A stretch of DNA of 64,000 nt, from NCBI GenBank assembly GCA_049724395.1, contig JAUGWO010000086.1, forward strand, positions 1 to 64,000. The letters are read 5' to 3'. The notes beneath the pieces are model-generated. The model had not been told where the DNA came from. It searched no databases and saw only the letters and a program-made list of their open reading frames with translations. Below are positions 38,424 to 51,356 of this stretch, in pieces. The translations under genes and the position numbers were made by a program. Each line of letters opens with the position of its first letter. The stretch's first letter is position 1. This DNA is from Spongospora subterranea f. sp. subterranea. Taxonomy: Eukaryota.

Positions 38424-41400
38424 TCATTTTATGGCACCAACTTGCCCAGCTCCATACCCGCCTTTCTTTCTCTTCTCCTCATATTCATCGTCTTCAATAC
38501 CGCATTCGATCAGCACCCTCAACTTCTCCAGGCCGGTGTCGTTCGCCTTGAACTTCATCAGCGTTGTCCAGCGCGTCCCTCGCCTCCATCCATTGACTAG
38601 CGCCGATCAGTTCCGATATCTGCCCGAACCAATGAATCATCCCTTCCCGAAACGAGATCGCCCAACAATAATCACCTTCTTCCTCAGACACACATCCTTC
38701 GATTGCGCCGTGATCATGGCCTGGGTTCGCTCCAGCTGTTTCGAATACAACGAACATGGGCGGTAATGGATGGCATTTCTCAGTCGCTTGTGCGCTTGAG
38801 CCCAACTACAATCATCAATCGCCTGTTCAAAACAATTCCACAGTCAAAAATCCTGTTCAATCGGGTGGAATTTGACGGTTGTCGGTGAGGGTTCTCAGAA
38901 TCCATCAGAATTCAACGATCGTGATCGGCGAAATGAATCATACCTCTAATGCCATCAAATATTCCCGTCGACCCTGATCCCGATTTCGCATCGAACTGTC
39001 GATTAAACGGCGTTGTTTCCGGATATCGATGTTGTTTGGGTCTATGGACAGCGCCTGGTTGATGAGGCGGCTGGCGGTCTGTAGGCGATCGTTGTCGATG
39101 GCGATCTGGGCTGACGACAGTAGGGCGGCGATGTTGGTTCGACTGCCGGCCCCACGATAGGGCGCCGGGGGGATACTCGGCCCGCCGATTACACGAACGC
39201 TGTCGACCCATCTCTTGCTCGCCTCAACGATGGCGTTTGGACTCGACTGGAACAATCTCAGCAATACGATAATCACACAAACAACGTGCAAATATGTCCA
39301 AGAACGATCTCGAACGAAATTCCGATACTGGAAATCAACGAGAACCTAATTTTGAATTTCGCGCGAACAATATTGGAAAGCGGTACCGATTCGTCAGCGA
39401 GAACGGCTTCACTTTCCGCCCTATCGGACGCGGATTGAATGAGTTTGCTGAGATCGTCCACTAGTTCAGGTTGGCGACAATCGGCCGCATACGGTCTGGC
39501 CTGCTGGAGCATGATCAGGCCGATGGCGGCGTGGTGATGGATGTGCAGCTCGTGGAGCGCCTGTCCCCTCCAGATCGCGTATAATCTCCCACACAGGTAC
39601 TCCCTGGTTCTATCGCCGGCCATCTTCGCCAACGGTTCACACAATGGCCGTTTCTCCAGCGCCACTCGCAATGTGCTGATCGATTGTGATCGCTTGGCCG
39701 GATCCTATGAAAATTGAGATTAAACCACCTCAAATTTGTGTATCAGCGAAAACGCCCTCCCCCGATTCACATACCCTGTCGAATTGTTTAATGGCGGCGA
39801 TGATCGATTGGACCAATGTGTGATCATTGTTCGCCGATTGACCAATCTCCTCATATACCATTGCCGCTTTCTGGAACTCCCCTCCCATCAGCAGCTCCTC
39901 GCCCCGTTTCCTCAGCTCGTATATCTGCAATTGCTGCTTCTTGGCCTCGCCATGCGCCGCCTGGATTTCGCGAGCTTCACTCACGCCCTCTTTGATCGCC
40001 ACAGGAACCAGACCTACAAACGGGCACTCACAACCACGATATCTGATAAAATTTCGGTCGACTAACCTGCGATATTGCTCTCAAGAAGGTCGGCGCTGAT
40101 CGATAAAAGCCATTGCGATTCCGGCTCGTAATCGGTCGGCAATTGCTCGGCAACCTGCTGCAGGCCTTTCGCCATCTGGATGGCCTCGTACGCCGAACGG
40201 GCCTCAACCGCTTTGGCGAAGAACGCGGCGTTGTCCGGGAACCGTTGGACGGTTTTGCTAAGATCGGACAAAGCCGACACTAGATTCCCTTTTCGTAATA
40301 GCGCCACACCGGCCATGAAATTGTGCATCACTTGTCGCTGATTCTCCATCAGATCGCTCCTGTTTAGAAAACCGTTCAGACCCTTCAAAATCAATCAATA
40401 TTCGGCGCTTTCGTACTTGGTCTTCATGAACTCCATTCTGTAAAGGCGTTTGGACCGTTCGACGTAGGCGATATCATTGGGTGATCCATCGCAATCGTTC
40501 AGGGCGTAATCGAAGCAGAGTTCGGCGATATCGGCGCTATCTTGATCTCCCGCGTTGAACAGCCGCCCCATATCGATCAGATTCCTGACGTTGAGCGAGA
40601 CCTGGGCTGAGTCTTCACGCGCCATCGCCATCGATCGCTGTAGCGCGTCCAGTTGGCCGATGAAAGGCGACAGGCGCTTGGCGACACGCTCGTCGTAGTC
40701 AACCTTCAGTTGCGCCATGATAGTACTGACCAATGGCCCATATCGTTCGTCGAATCGCAAAGAATGCGCTAATCCCAATGGGGTTAGCGATTGCCCTGAT
40801 CGATAGACCATCAGCGGGCGGTTGATGAAGGCGGATCGATCAGCCCCCTATTTCACCTTCGATAACATGTTCGATTGTCGATCCCCCGATCGACGCGCTC
40901 ATATCCAACAGGAACACGGCTCCATAGAGCTTGTGCGATCGATACAGGTCGTCACCGTCTTGGGCCAGGATCGTGGCGAACTCGGTGGCGACCAGTTCTG
41001 GTAGATGATCGTTTGATTGGTTGCTGGAACCTGATAATCCACAATATGGGATATCCGCTATCATACATGGCCGATACGACATCCTCCGACCTGTTCGTAG
41101 GAACTTTGACCATATTCTAGGGACAACTGGCCCCCAATAATCATGAGACATTATTCTGAAAATCATCGGAATTATGAGCTAAAATGACAATCGATGTCAA
41201 TGTTCGTTCTCACGATGATATACTGCTTAGGCGTCGATATTGTTGCGCTTTGGGATCGGCGTCGACCAGTTTCGAATAGCGATCCGTTGACAATCTGTAC
41301 AATCCACGATCCAATAAGTCTTTGGCCGATTCGGGCGTTATCGGGACGGTGGTCTCTGTAGCGGGTGGATCTGGTCGTGATGGCCCATCCAGACCAGGAG

Positions 41401-41774
41401 CAGATGGATATGGCGACACCTATTCCCTGAATCAGGCGCCGATTCGTGAACCGATACGATGGGTACCGATTTGGGGGTGATATTCGGTATTGCTGGTGGG
41501 CTATTACGGGAAGACGTCAACGTTCGTTGAATTCGCGCCGCGATCAACGGGCTCAATTTGATGGCGACATGATGGGACGGTTTCCTGTCGAACAACGAGG
41601 CGGGTTCATGATCGGGTTTGATCTCGCCTGTCAATGGAGCGTTATTGAGGGACCAGGAGAGTGAGTTGGGTTGGGGGGAGAACGACCTGATGGTTGTCGT
41701 GTCGCCTCGATTGGGTCCGCTATCGATATCGACAGCATTGAGGGGGGAATCACATTATCATCGCCACCGCTCAT
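38424..41774 (-). CDS. TPR-like helical repeat protein, multi-exon
   Basis: Exon ORFs joined by GT-AG introns with TPR-type patterns: RGEELLMGGEFQKAAMVY, GVALLRKGNLVSALSDL..FPDN, INQALSIDPNN. One frameshift near 38565. Confidence 0.75.
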
Positions 41775-42032
41775 GCCTCGCGACAACCCACTAATTCCTT
41801 ATTTTCATACCCATACAGAATACGATCTCCCAACTCGACTAAAATATCTTCTCTTTATTGGCCAAAAGGGGCAATTATTCGTCACCGCACAGACGACGAT
41901 CGCTCGGCCATAAAACACCACAATCTTCAAACGGATTCCGTAATATGATCGGGTCGTTCAACCCATCTGCCAGAACATCTGGTTTGGGGGATTCAAGTTC
42001 ATCGAGTTAGCGAATCATGTTGAATCGGGGGA

Positions 42033-43253
42033 ATGACGCAGATACGTCGGCAACGCTTCGCTTTGCCCAAAGACAAGTCAGTGGCGACAGAAACCACATC
42101 ACTGGCCGAGAATGATCCCCTCACGAATGCGCAATTCACCTTTGATCTGGGGGAAATAGAATGGGGTCGAATCTTCGCCTGAATCTCGGTTCGTGCACCA
42201 TCCCACATCCGGCGAAAGGTCACGACGCGTGTATCACATTCGAACTGTCTCAACACAACCATCATCTGGAGGCGTTTGGCGTTGCCGACGGCGGTCAGCA
42301 ACGTGCCCGCAATATCGCAATACTGGTCGTTGATCGGATGACAATTAGTATCGATGTCGGCAATCGGTGGTCGCCCATTGTTTGTCGCTCAGGGGTTGAT
42401 GACTGGTTTCAAAAAAACATCATTTCGGAAACATTTTCTGGTGACGATCGGACTCTGGATCCAAAACAGTACGACGGTTGCTGTGATCTCGAAGGGATGT
42501 GGCTAATGTCTGGCCGTTCAGGGGGATGAAGAGCGCGTTCGAAATGCTGATCGACACGAGCGTGGCGGGGAGCAGCACAGCATTGTGCGCCACATTCTGC
42601 CAAGGCACGTTGAGAGTGGCGAATCTGGGCGACTCAGGGTTCATGGTGATATTCCACGGCGACAAACCCAATATCCGATCGAAACAGCAGCAAAGCGATC
42701 AGTTCAGCCTGATGAACGCCGGGTATAACACAGTGATCGGTGCTTATCGTCGATTGGATTCAATCGTGTTTTCCATAGGGTTCACCCGCAACTGCTCTTG
42801 CTGTCGGTGCCGTATCAGCTGGATCCGGTTGGGTACAACAAGCAGAGATCGGCGGAACAGGGGAACCGGGCCGACGATGGCAACGATCCCGACAAGGTCA
42901 AATACCATGGACCAGAACACGCCGACGACTATCGGATCGAGTTGATGGAGAACGGTTCGCAACTCTTTTCAGCGTCTGTATTGTCGGGATTTTGTTTGAA
43001 TGAGCGCCTGGCGATAGATTTTGTTATCGCCGGAACCGATGGGTTATTGGACTTTCTGAGCGCGGAGGAGGTCGACGAGATCACTAAAACGTTCGGGATT
43101 GTCGAAAGTCCCCAGGAGCTGGCCAAGCGACTCGCGGTCGCAGCTCTGAATTCGCAGAAAGAATTGGATGGGCGCGAGTTTGCCAAAGATGATATTACGG
43201 TGGTCGTGGGCAGAGTCCAAGCCGAAGACCGACCGGGCCGATCTGATCGCTGA
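42033..43253 (+). CDS. PP2C-family phosphatase (PTC7-like), multi-exon; start approximate
   Basis: IPHPAKGHDA, FGVADG, GSSTA, VANLGDSGF, PYQL, IAGTDGLLD, KDDITVVV. Confidence 0.9.
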
Positions 43254-43914
43254 TCAATGAGACGGAATTAGAACATCTCCCACCGTAAAGGTGATAAAAC
43301 CAGTTCTCGCTTTGAACACGAACTGCCACGACTTAGGACGTAATCAGACGATTTGCAATAATGACAACAATTGCAGTTGAGATCATTCTCAAACGAACCC
43401 GAACCAGCTTTTTCCATAATATCCAATACAGAGGGACAACATTAATGAGTTATGGCAAAGTGATTTATAACTGATTAAGACCATCGATGGACAGTTTCCA
43501 ATCGCATTCCCAAGAAGGATGTATTGCTTCTTGTTGGGTGCAAATAGGTCGCAGCGCCGATCAGGTGATCATCCACCGGCTCTGAACAATTAACTCCGGT
43601 TGGGGCGATTTCCCCCCGACATGGACTGCATTCGGGTACGACCGAGCTACAGAGGGAGATGATAAATTGCAGTTTTGATGGTGAAGTAGCAGTTGATGGA
43701 AAATAGGTCGGGAGCCCCACACCCTGTTAAGTCCTATTGTCAACCCGTGTCGTTCGTTCTAACCGAGTCTGGTGCAATAGGGACACGATCTTGGCGCCAC
43801 CCTACAGCATTCAATCCAGTGATGATCCCAACAATATTACAACAGCCATATTGGGGACCGTTGGATGAGATTTGGAAAGCTTTGTGGTGACAAAAAGCCG
43901 ATGGCTCTTACGGG

Positions 43915-44483
43915 TGTAGCTCAGTTAGAAGGTGAGGTTCGCTATGAAGAAGCGTTGTTTTTATTGAAAGGAAAACAAGGACGTCCATTGTGATGATCGT
44001 TAGGTATCCCTCACTCAGGCTTCTTTTGTCACAGATCACGTACGATTGTTGACATCGCTCTTCCAACATGACCCTTTGATGTTAACGTCTTTGGGTTCTG
44101 GTAATCGAATGAAAAAACTCGTCTCTGTGTTTCCGGAAAAGGTTTTGTTCCAAGGGATTCTGTAAGAATATCTGCAGTCATCTTCTCAGTCTGGCAATAT
44201 TCAGTTTCGGTTGTCGTCTCTTGAATCTGTTCGCGAACAAAATGATATCGGACATCGATATGCTTGGTGCGTTGTCTGGTGACGTCGTTCTTCGCCAAAT
44301 ATATTGTGCTGTTGTCTTGAAAAATGATGACAGGCTTTACACTCAAGTTTCAACACTTGGAAATTGAATATTGCCAGACTGAGAAGATGACTGCAGATAA
44401 CGATCATCACCATGGCATTCCTTGTTTTCCTTTCAATAAAACGAACGCTTTCTAATTGCGAACCACACCGAGGCACAGCTACA
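43915..44483 (-). mobile_element. Ty1/copia 3' remnant (RNase H, PPT, LTR start) with an inverted partial second copy
   Basis: QDNSTIYLAKN..RTKHIDVRYHFVRE..YCQTEKMTADILTESL, followed on the minus strand by AAAGGGTCA|TGTTGG at ~44068. Confidence 0.88.
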
Positions 44484-44519
44484 GGACCTGGGAATCTAGA
44501 AGTTGAATTGTTCTGCTCG

Positions 44520-44702
44520 AGGTCGGCACTAACGGACCATACAAGGATTATTTACGAGCAGTTCATCATAACCAATACCCTGAACAAAGTCCCTTCACGG
44601 ATTGAGGTGTCGCGATGGATAAAATATGCTTGGGACAGTATTAAACAAACATCGATCACCAATACTTGGAGAGGAATTGGGTTTTTCCAATCAGAGAAAT
44701 GA
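44520..44702 (+). mobile_element. pogo-type transposase C-terminal fragment
   Basis: VPSRIEVSRWIKYAWDSIKQTSITNTWRGIG matches the pogo/DDE_1 tail pattern. Confidence 0.65.
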
Positions 44703-44737
44703 AAACGACAATATCAATATTCTTTGATCTATTTCAT

Positions 44738-45310
44738 TCATTTACTGAACCAATATTGATAAGACGAAACGCCACAATGTCCTTTGTTTCTGTAGCAATC
44801 GTTTCTTTGTGCGAAGTTCTGGCATCGTTCGTATAATTCCAGAATTTGGGCGAAATGACCGTCAAATTTTTGTTTGGAACGGGCCACAAGATTTTTTGAA
44901 AGAGAGTTTAGTTCGGCAGCACTTGATGATAGGTCATCTGTTATCCTGTGACACGCAAGTGCTACAACTTCACAATGACCGAATTCGGCAGTTTTACCAT
45001 GACCCATTTGTTTCGCCAGAGTCCGGCCTGCAAATAGGTATAATCTTGACGTTTTAGTCACGTTTTTGCGAATTTAGCTTGATTTACGTTGTCACCGAAC
45101 CAACAACCACATTTTTGATTCTTTTACTCTCCATGTCGGCGAGCAGTTTCTCGTTTTTTTTTTCAGCGCCGGAAGAAGGTCAAAAAAGTGGGTCGGTTTT
45201 TATCAGCAATTGCATCAAATTAGCGCCAACAAGTTGGATGAAAATCCCGTCCGGGTCTGAAAAAAACGCAGTTTACAGTCAGTTCACGGTAAATTCACGT
45301 GTTCAGACGC
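44738..45310 (-). mobile_element. Possible pogo-type N-terminal HTH remnant and terminus
   Basis: RETARRHG..W and RL..AGR fragments, plus a TIR-like CGGTAAATTCACGTGTTCAGACGCA at ~45287. Broken frames. Confidence 0.4.
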
Positions 45311-45613
45311 AAATCGACTTTGTATCGTGTGTGATTTCTGATCTCTCTCTCCCACACCTTTGTATACAGTGTACAATACTGCACAGTGTAGTTCCATACA
45401 TGGCACTGTCACCCTCAAATACACGATACAACTGCGCGACATCGTCCTGTACATACAGTTGAGTTGCGGTGCCATGGCCCAGTGGATAATACCTGTCAAG
45501 GGTGTGTACACTGATTGAACCCGTGACGGACTTGTTCAACTGCGGCTGCCGTTTACCAGTTGCCAAGGTCTCTCCTCCACCTAATATCGCATCCAGAACA
45601 CGATTTCCAAATC

Positions 45614-47934
45614 ATGAGCAGCAGCTTGGCGACATTGAACCCGAATGCGGACCGCATTGGGGGAACCAACGTTGCACTGCAGGTGATGTCCATCGGAGAG
45701 GAACGGTTTATCAGATGATTTTCTAAAGGGAATTCAGATCAACATTGGCGCTGCCAAATCACTGCAGTCGGTGTTAACGTCGAATATCGGTCCAATGGGC
45801 ACAATCAAGATGCTTGTGTCAGGTGGAGGGGAAATTAAACTCACAAAAGATGGCAATGTTTTATTGCATCAAATGGTGATACACCTTAATGCGGTTCATG
45901 TTTTCAGTCAAATGACATTACATATTTTTTCCAGCAAATTCAACATCCAACTGCGTCTTTGATTGCGCGAACTGCAACTGCCCAAGATGATATTACTGGA
46001 GACGGAACGACATCCAACGTTCTTTTCACGGGTATTGCCAACCAAATTTATTTTTGCAAAAGTAAATCGTATATTAACAAGTTCGTGTAGGCGAGCTTCT
46101 GAAGCAAGCTGAACGTTATGTAATGGATGGTCTTCATCCTCGGTTAATTGTTGAGGTATGTAATGAATCCCACTGGAAGAATCCGTCTGAGGTATGGAAT
46201 AATGAATAGGGGATGGAGTTGGCTAAAGACGAAACAGCCAAATTTTTATCGGAGTTCAATATCCCAATTGATACCAGCAATCAGAAAGAGGCCCGAAAAA
46301 TTCTGACGGCTACTGCTCAGACTTCACTTCGGACCAAAGTTCGCCGTCAACTTGCTGACCATCTTACCGACGTCGTAGTTGAGGCTGTATGTTTACATTT
46401 ATCATTACCCTTCAATCTGAAATTTTAAGCACTAACTGGCAGGTTTTGGCCGTCACCTCTCAATCGGACATTGATCTTCACATGGTGGAAATCATGGAGA
46501 TCAAGACAAAATCTGATCTTGACACGAAACTTGTGAAAGGTCTAGTGTTGGATCACGGGGCTCGTCATCCTGGGGCTCCTCGGTAAGCCTCTGTCGTTCG
46601 TTTTCGAAATTACCACCATCGTCAACATTCGGGTATAGGTCAACCGAGAACGCTTTTATTCTTACATGTAACGTCTCTCTCGAATATGAGAAAACTGAAG
46701 TGAGTTTGTTCTTGGATGTGATCGTTCAGTCAGTGATTTAGGGGGTGCGTTCAGGTGAACTCTGGGTTTTTTTATAATTCTGCTGAAGAGCGCCAGAAAA
46801 TGGTTGCAGCTGAGAGGGTTGGTTTGTGATGTGCATCTTTCTCGCCAGCTAATGTCTGATACTGGGTATAGTCTTTTACTGACGAACGCGTCAAAAAGAT
46901 CGTTGCCCTCAAGAAAGCAGTTTGTGTTGGTGACAAATCCCACTATGGGTTTGTCGTTATCAATCAGAAAGGCATTGACCCAGTCAGCCTTGACATACTT
47001 CATAAAGCGGTAAAATGCCGGTTTTCATGCATTGTATCCGCATTAACATATGTTTTGGTAGGGTATTATTGGTATACGCCGGGCTAAACGCCGTAATATG
47101 GAGCGATTATCCCTTGCTGTTGGAGGATATGCTGTCAACTCTGTTGACGATTTAGAGCCTTCTTGTCTTGTAATAATTGTCATCTCTCTTTTGGCTATTA
47201 GTTTCCTCACTTTGTTACATTCAGGGATTTGCCCAATCTGTTTACGAGCAGTCAATGGGTGACGATAAATATACGTTCATTGAAACAGCCGGAATGGCCA
47301 AAAGCTGCACAATCGTCGTTCGGGGACCAAACAACCATACCGTTGCTCAAATTAAAGATGCCATCCGGGATGGTTTGCGTGCTGTCAGGAATTGCCTTGT
47401 TGATGGTGCTGTCGGTAAGTTCCGTTAACTAGTGATCGATGATCCGGGAACATTTACCAGGTTTGTAGTACCTGGGGCTGGTGCCTTTGAAGTTGCCGCC
47501 TATCTCAATCTTCTTAAGTTCAAAGACACTGTCAAGGGACGCGCGAAATTAGGTGTTCAAGCGTTCGCCGATGGTTTATTAGTGATTCCCAAGTCCCTTG
47601 CGGCTAATGCTGGGCTTGACGTCCAACAGGCCCTCCTCGACTTGATTGACGAGGTTCGTTCATGCCGAGAGAGATTTCGTCTTTTTTTCTTACTTTTTAC
47701 CAGGCTAAAAGTAATGATGGCCCATCTGGGGCTGTTGGGTTAGATTTAACAAGCGGCAAACCAGTCTGTTCGGCGGATGCTAGCATTTACGACAATCTTG
47801 CTGTTAAGAAACAATTTCTTCATCTTGGGTCGATCATTGCCACCAAGCTTCTGTTGGTTGATGAAGTCATGCGAGCAGGCCGACCTCAAGGAAAGGACCG
47901 TCATGGTGAAGATCCCGTCGGCCATGAAGATTAA
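45614..47934 (+). CDS. CCT6: T-complex protein 1 subunit zeta, multi-exon
   Basis: [86 protein letters not shown]. Confidence 0.97.
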
Positions 47935-48084
47935 CTCTCACCCTTATCACCTCTATAAACGATGTCTGATATTTTCTCATTGGTCCAAATCTCAGATATT
48001 CTTCTTTATTTGTCTACTCCATTTGATTCCCAAAATTCGCTGCCACTTCTTCTGATAATATCCAGTCAACGAAATAGTTCACGA

Positions 48085-49001
48085 ATTGTGCCGACATTCA
48101 GGGCAAACCTTCAAGCGATTCAGTAAAGTTGTACTTCGCCGCCGGAGATGTTGACAGCTAAACGCGATCGAAGAAGTTTGTTGTAGTCTTCGTTCTTGGA
48201 TACTTGTAATTCAGTATCTCTCCAGTGTCCAAACTTCTTAGTTGGCAAATCCCATCGTTTTTTCCTAGCCATACGTATCTCAGTTATCTCCACAGCCGAA
48301 AAGACTTAATCAAAAACATACGTGATCGCGATCCCCTTCTCCGTTTCCGCATGTATCTCCAACATTTTCTTCATGCGGTCTTCCGGCTTCTCCATATGGC
48401 TAGCGATGAACTTGGTAATGGAACTCATCCCGGCTTTACCTTTGGCAAAACAATCCGCAAATTTGACAACAGCGATGTCGATTGATCACTCTTTGTCCAC
48501 AAGGAAAAATTTCCAGGTTGTCGTTAGGTTCACTGCGGTGTATATTGAATCGAAGCAAGTCATAAAAAACAGGAACAGCTGGTAATCGAAACCAGGACCT
48601 GAGGATCTGCAATCCTCCGCTCTGCCTCTGAGCTACTATTCCATTTTTGATTGGTCGATCACAAACCGTGTAGCTATAGCTACTTTGATGAAAGGCTCTA
48701 CCGCTGGAAGCCGCTATAGATGGATCTGGCAATTATTCAGACCTCAGGGCAAAATTCAAGATTGTTTTGTATGAAGACAGCTGAAGCCTGATAAACGCAC
48801 TGAGATGCCAACCTTTGATTGGGGATTTGGTCCAAACACAATATTTGAGAACTTACCAAGGTGTGAAGTTTTCCCATTATCCAACAGGTAATCAACACTA
48901 GATTCCACATGATCATCAACCCTAATTGAATATCGATGTGGGTGCCATCCACTCTCCTTGTCCCCGTCAACGAAGCACATATGCTGTATGAAACTCATCA
49001 A
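48085..49001 (-). CDS. Hypothetical multi-exon protein; boundaries uncertain
   Basis: Chain of minus-strand open segments with GT-AG-like gaps (for example LFLFFMTCFDSIY.., DIAVVKFADCF..MLEIHAETEKG). No motif recognised. Confidence 0.35.
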
Positions 49002-49529
49002 AAAACCAATAAAGCATCCATTTTTTTAAATTGGATGCAAAGTCGATTCCGCTTACAATTGATAATTTATCGCGAGAAAGGGTGCTCATCTAAATTCGAC
49101 CTTGACGAACGTCATTTTTCTTCTCAATTCCAACCGCATTTTTCCCTCACGATTTCGATCGTGTTTACTATTCAAGGCATTTTTGAGATTCCCGTTTCCT
49201 ACTAAAACTAACATGCTTTGTTCAAGGTAGGGTGACAGCTTATTGAGTCTATCTTACCGTTCCCCGGCTCATAAATCTCTGCGTTTATGCACTATTCGAT
49301 GGTTCGAGAGTCTCGGCAATTCACGCCTAACTCTGCCAAATTGTACTTATCGAAGCTTAGCAATCCATTCCCATCAACATGAGGATTTTTCAGACGAACT
49401 CGATCAATCAGACAACTTGGTAACCGACCTATACCAGAGATTGTACTAAATATCAAGATCTACCGTATTCGATCTTTCGCCTTTTGAAGCGACCTTGCCG
49501 GCGTACCCATACATAATTCACTTTGGAGC

Positions 49530-50243
49530 ATGGATGCAATCACGTCCAAAGGTTCAACGAAGCATAGGATCCATGATGACGACGCGGAAGACGATGATAA
49601 TTCATCGTGTGAACCAGGCACCAAGAGCAGAGGCACTAAGCGAACGGCAGCGGTCGACTCAAAATCGGGGACTTCACGCCGAAAACTAAGGAAGAATGAT
49701 CGCGAAAAGCAGAGACGATTCGAGTTGAATAATAGATTCGAGGTAAGCGATTATTGACGCGGCGAGAACAACTCCCTGATATATTCTTCCAAAGGTGATG
49801 AGTAATATCCTCAACTTGGGCCAGTCAAATAAGACTGAGAAATTCACGATATTGAGTGAGGCGATCAATATGATCAGCACCTTGACAGCTCAGAACGAGC
49901 ATCTTAGAGAGGAGAAGGCCGACCTTAGAGCTGAGCTAGCCAAGATATCTTGCTGTTTGCAGCAAGCAACGTTCCCCGGCTCTAAAATATCACATTCGAT
50001 CTCATCGCCATCGGCTGGTAATTGAACGTTTGAAGCAATCATTGACAATAAGCTAACTCAAACGTTCCGTCAGAATCCGAATCGTCTCCATTCGATTTCC
50101 CGCAAATCTCCTTCACGCCATCGCGAACCAATCTGGATCAGATTTATCCTGGATCAACGCGGATTCTACAATTGACGGGGTCCATGCCGTTTCATTCATC
50201 AAATGGAAATATGGAAGACGATTTCGACATTTTTTCATCTTGA
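49530..50243 (+). CDS. bHLH-leucine zipper transcription factor, 2 introns
   Basis: RKNDREKQRRFELNNRFE/VMSNIL..KTEKFTILSEAINMISTL followed by heptad NEHLREEKADLRAEL. Confidence 0.9.
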
Positions 50244-50442
50244 CTGGTTCAATATTTATACATTTATCGATGTACGATTCGGACTGCCAGACAAACTCCC
50301 CGCATTTGAATTACCCCAAGCGTCGATCAACGCGAACATGTTCCCGTTGACCACTATCTAGGTTCAACGCAGAGAAAAACGATATAATGTTGAACAGTGC
50401 ATAACTTTTATTGCAATACAATCAATGCACAGCAACTAGGAA

Positions 50443-50877
50443 TCAAGCAGCGACTTGAGATATGGATACTTCTTGCTCTGTTTGTTCAGAGGGTTTGACT
50501 GGCTCTTCAGAAACCTCATCGGTTTTGGATTTCTTGGCCGCCTCTGTGACAATTGGCTCGTCCGCTTTTCGCTTGTCACCGCATTCAGGTTCGGCCTCCG
50601 TCACGACTTCCGGTTCAGTGACGGTTTCAGTTTCAGCGACAGTTTCTGCAGCTGGTTCTGGCTGAGCAGCGGCGGCTTCAGTGGTGGCGACTTCTGGCTC
50701 AGTGACCTCGCACTCAGCGGCGACCTCAGGTTCGGGGGCAGCAACGCTTTCCACCTCAGGCGATTCAGCCTGCTCAGATTCGGTAGTGCTGGCTTCAGGG
50801 GTTGCCTCGACAACAACTGAGTCTACGGGGACGGATGATGCATCAGCTACAACGGGCTCGACAGCAGGCGACGACAT
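50443..50877 (-). CDS. Small acidic E/A/P/T/V-rich disordered protein with bipartite NLS (144 aa from ATG 50877)
   Basis: Intronless ORF MSSPAVEPVV.. with KRKADEPIVTEAAKKSK and strongly biased composition. Confidence 0.75.
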   Translation of the reverse strand: MSSPAVEPVVADASSVPVDSVVVEATPEASTTESEQAESPEVESVAAPEPEVAAECEVTEPEVATTEAAAAQPEPAAETVAETETVTEPEVVTEAEPECGDKRKADEPIVTEAAKKSKTDEVSEEPVKPSEQTEQEVSISQVAA

Positions 50878-50973
50878 GTTTTCCTGAATTTTGAGGAAGG
50901 CGAGCGAGGTGGATGTGAAGATATGAAGTGAAATACGGGAATGACTCCTTGCCGTGATCAGTGTGGCCGCTCC

Positions 50974-50994
50974 CTCTCTCTCTCTCTCTCTCTC
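50974..50994. repeat. (CT)10 microsatellite upstream of the acidic protein
   Basis: Direct reading. Confidence 0.95.
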
Positions 50995-51356
50995 AAGGGT
51001 CAAGGGGTCTCTTGCTCGCAGTCGCGCAATATACCTCTGTGTGTACAATCTCACTCGATCGGCTGATCGGGTCATTCTTCGCACTTTTTCTTGACCTCAT
51101 TTCCGATCTGGGAATAATCTTGTCCGACCCGAATATTAGGCCGTTTATCTTCGGCCGCAACAAATCACGCCTGTTTTCGCTCCAAATATGTATTGTGTTT
51201 CAAATTTTCTACCGAATAAAATGCTTATCAGTTTTCGAGCTTAGCGTTTATTTGCTGCTGTTCTCGTGTTGGGTTTTCTGAAGTATGGTGATTGCGGAAA
51301 TTACTGGTTTACGGAGATTAGTGGTGTGATGTTGAAATAATAGTAAATCAATAACT

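Noticed and set aside
39700..39775. Apparent frameshift in the TPR gene
   Set aside because: Resolved by a GTATGT..TTTCATAG intron that restores the frame.
42075..42165. Apparent frameshift at the PP2C N-terminus
   Set aside because: Resolved by a GTCAGT..AAATAG intron.
42285..42400. GC-AG intron in the PP2C ADG motif
   Set aside because: A canonical GTCAGC donor three bases downstream gives the same frame. It cannot be distinguished without RNA data.
43260..43915. Short ORFs downstream of PP2C
   Set aside because: No homology recognised; possibly LTR-derived or intergenic sequence.
50878..51084. N-terminal extension of the 213-aa ORF
   Set aside because: It starts at a non-ATG codon and runs through the GA microsatellite. 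ATG 50877 is the more plausible start.
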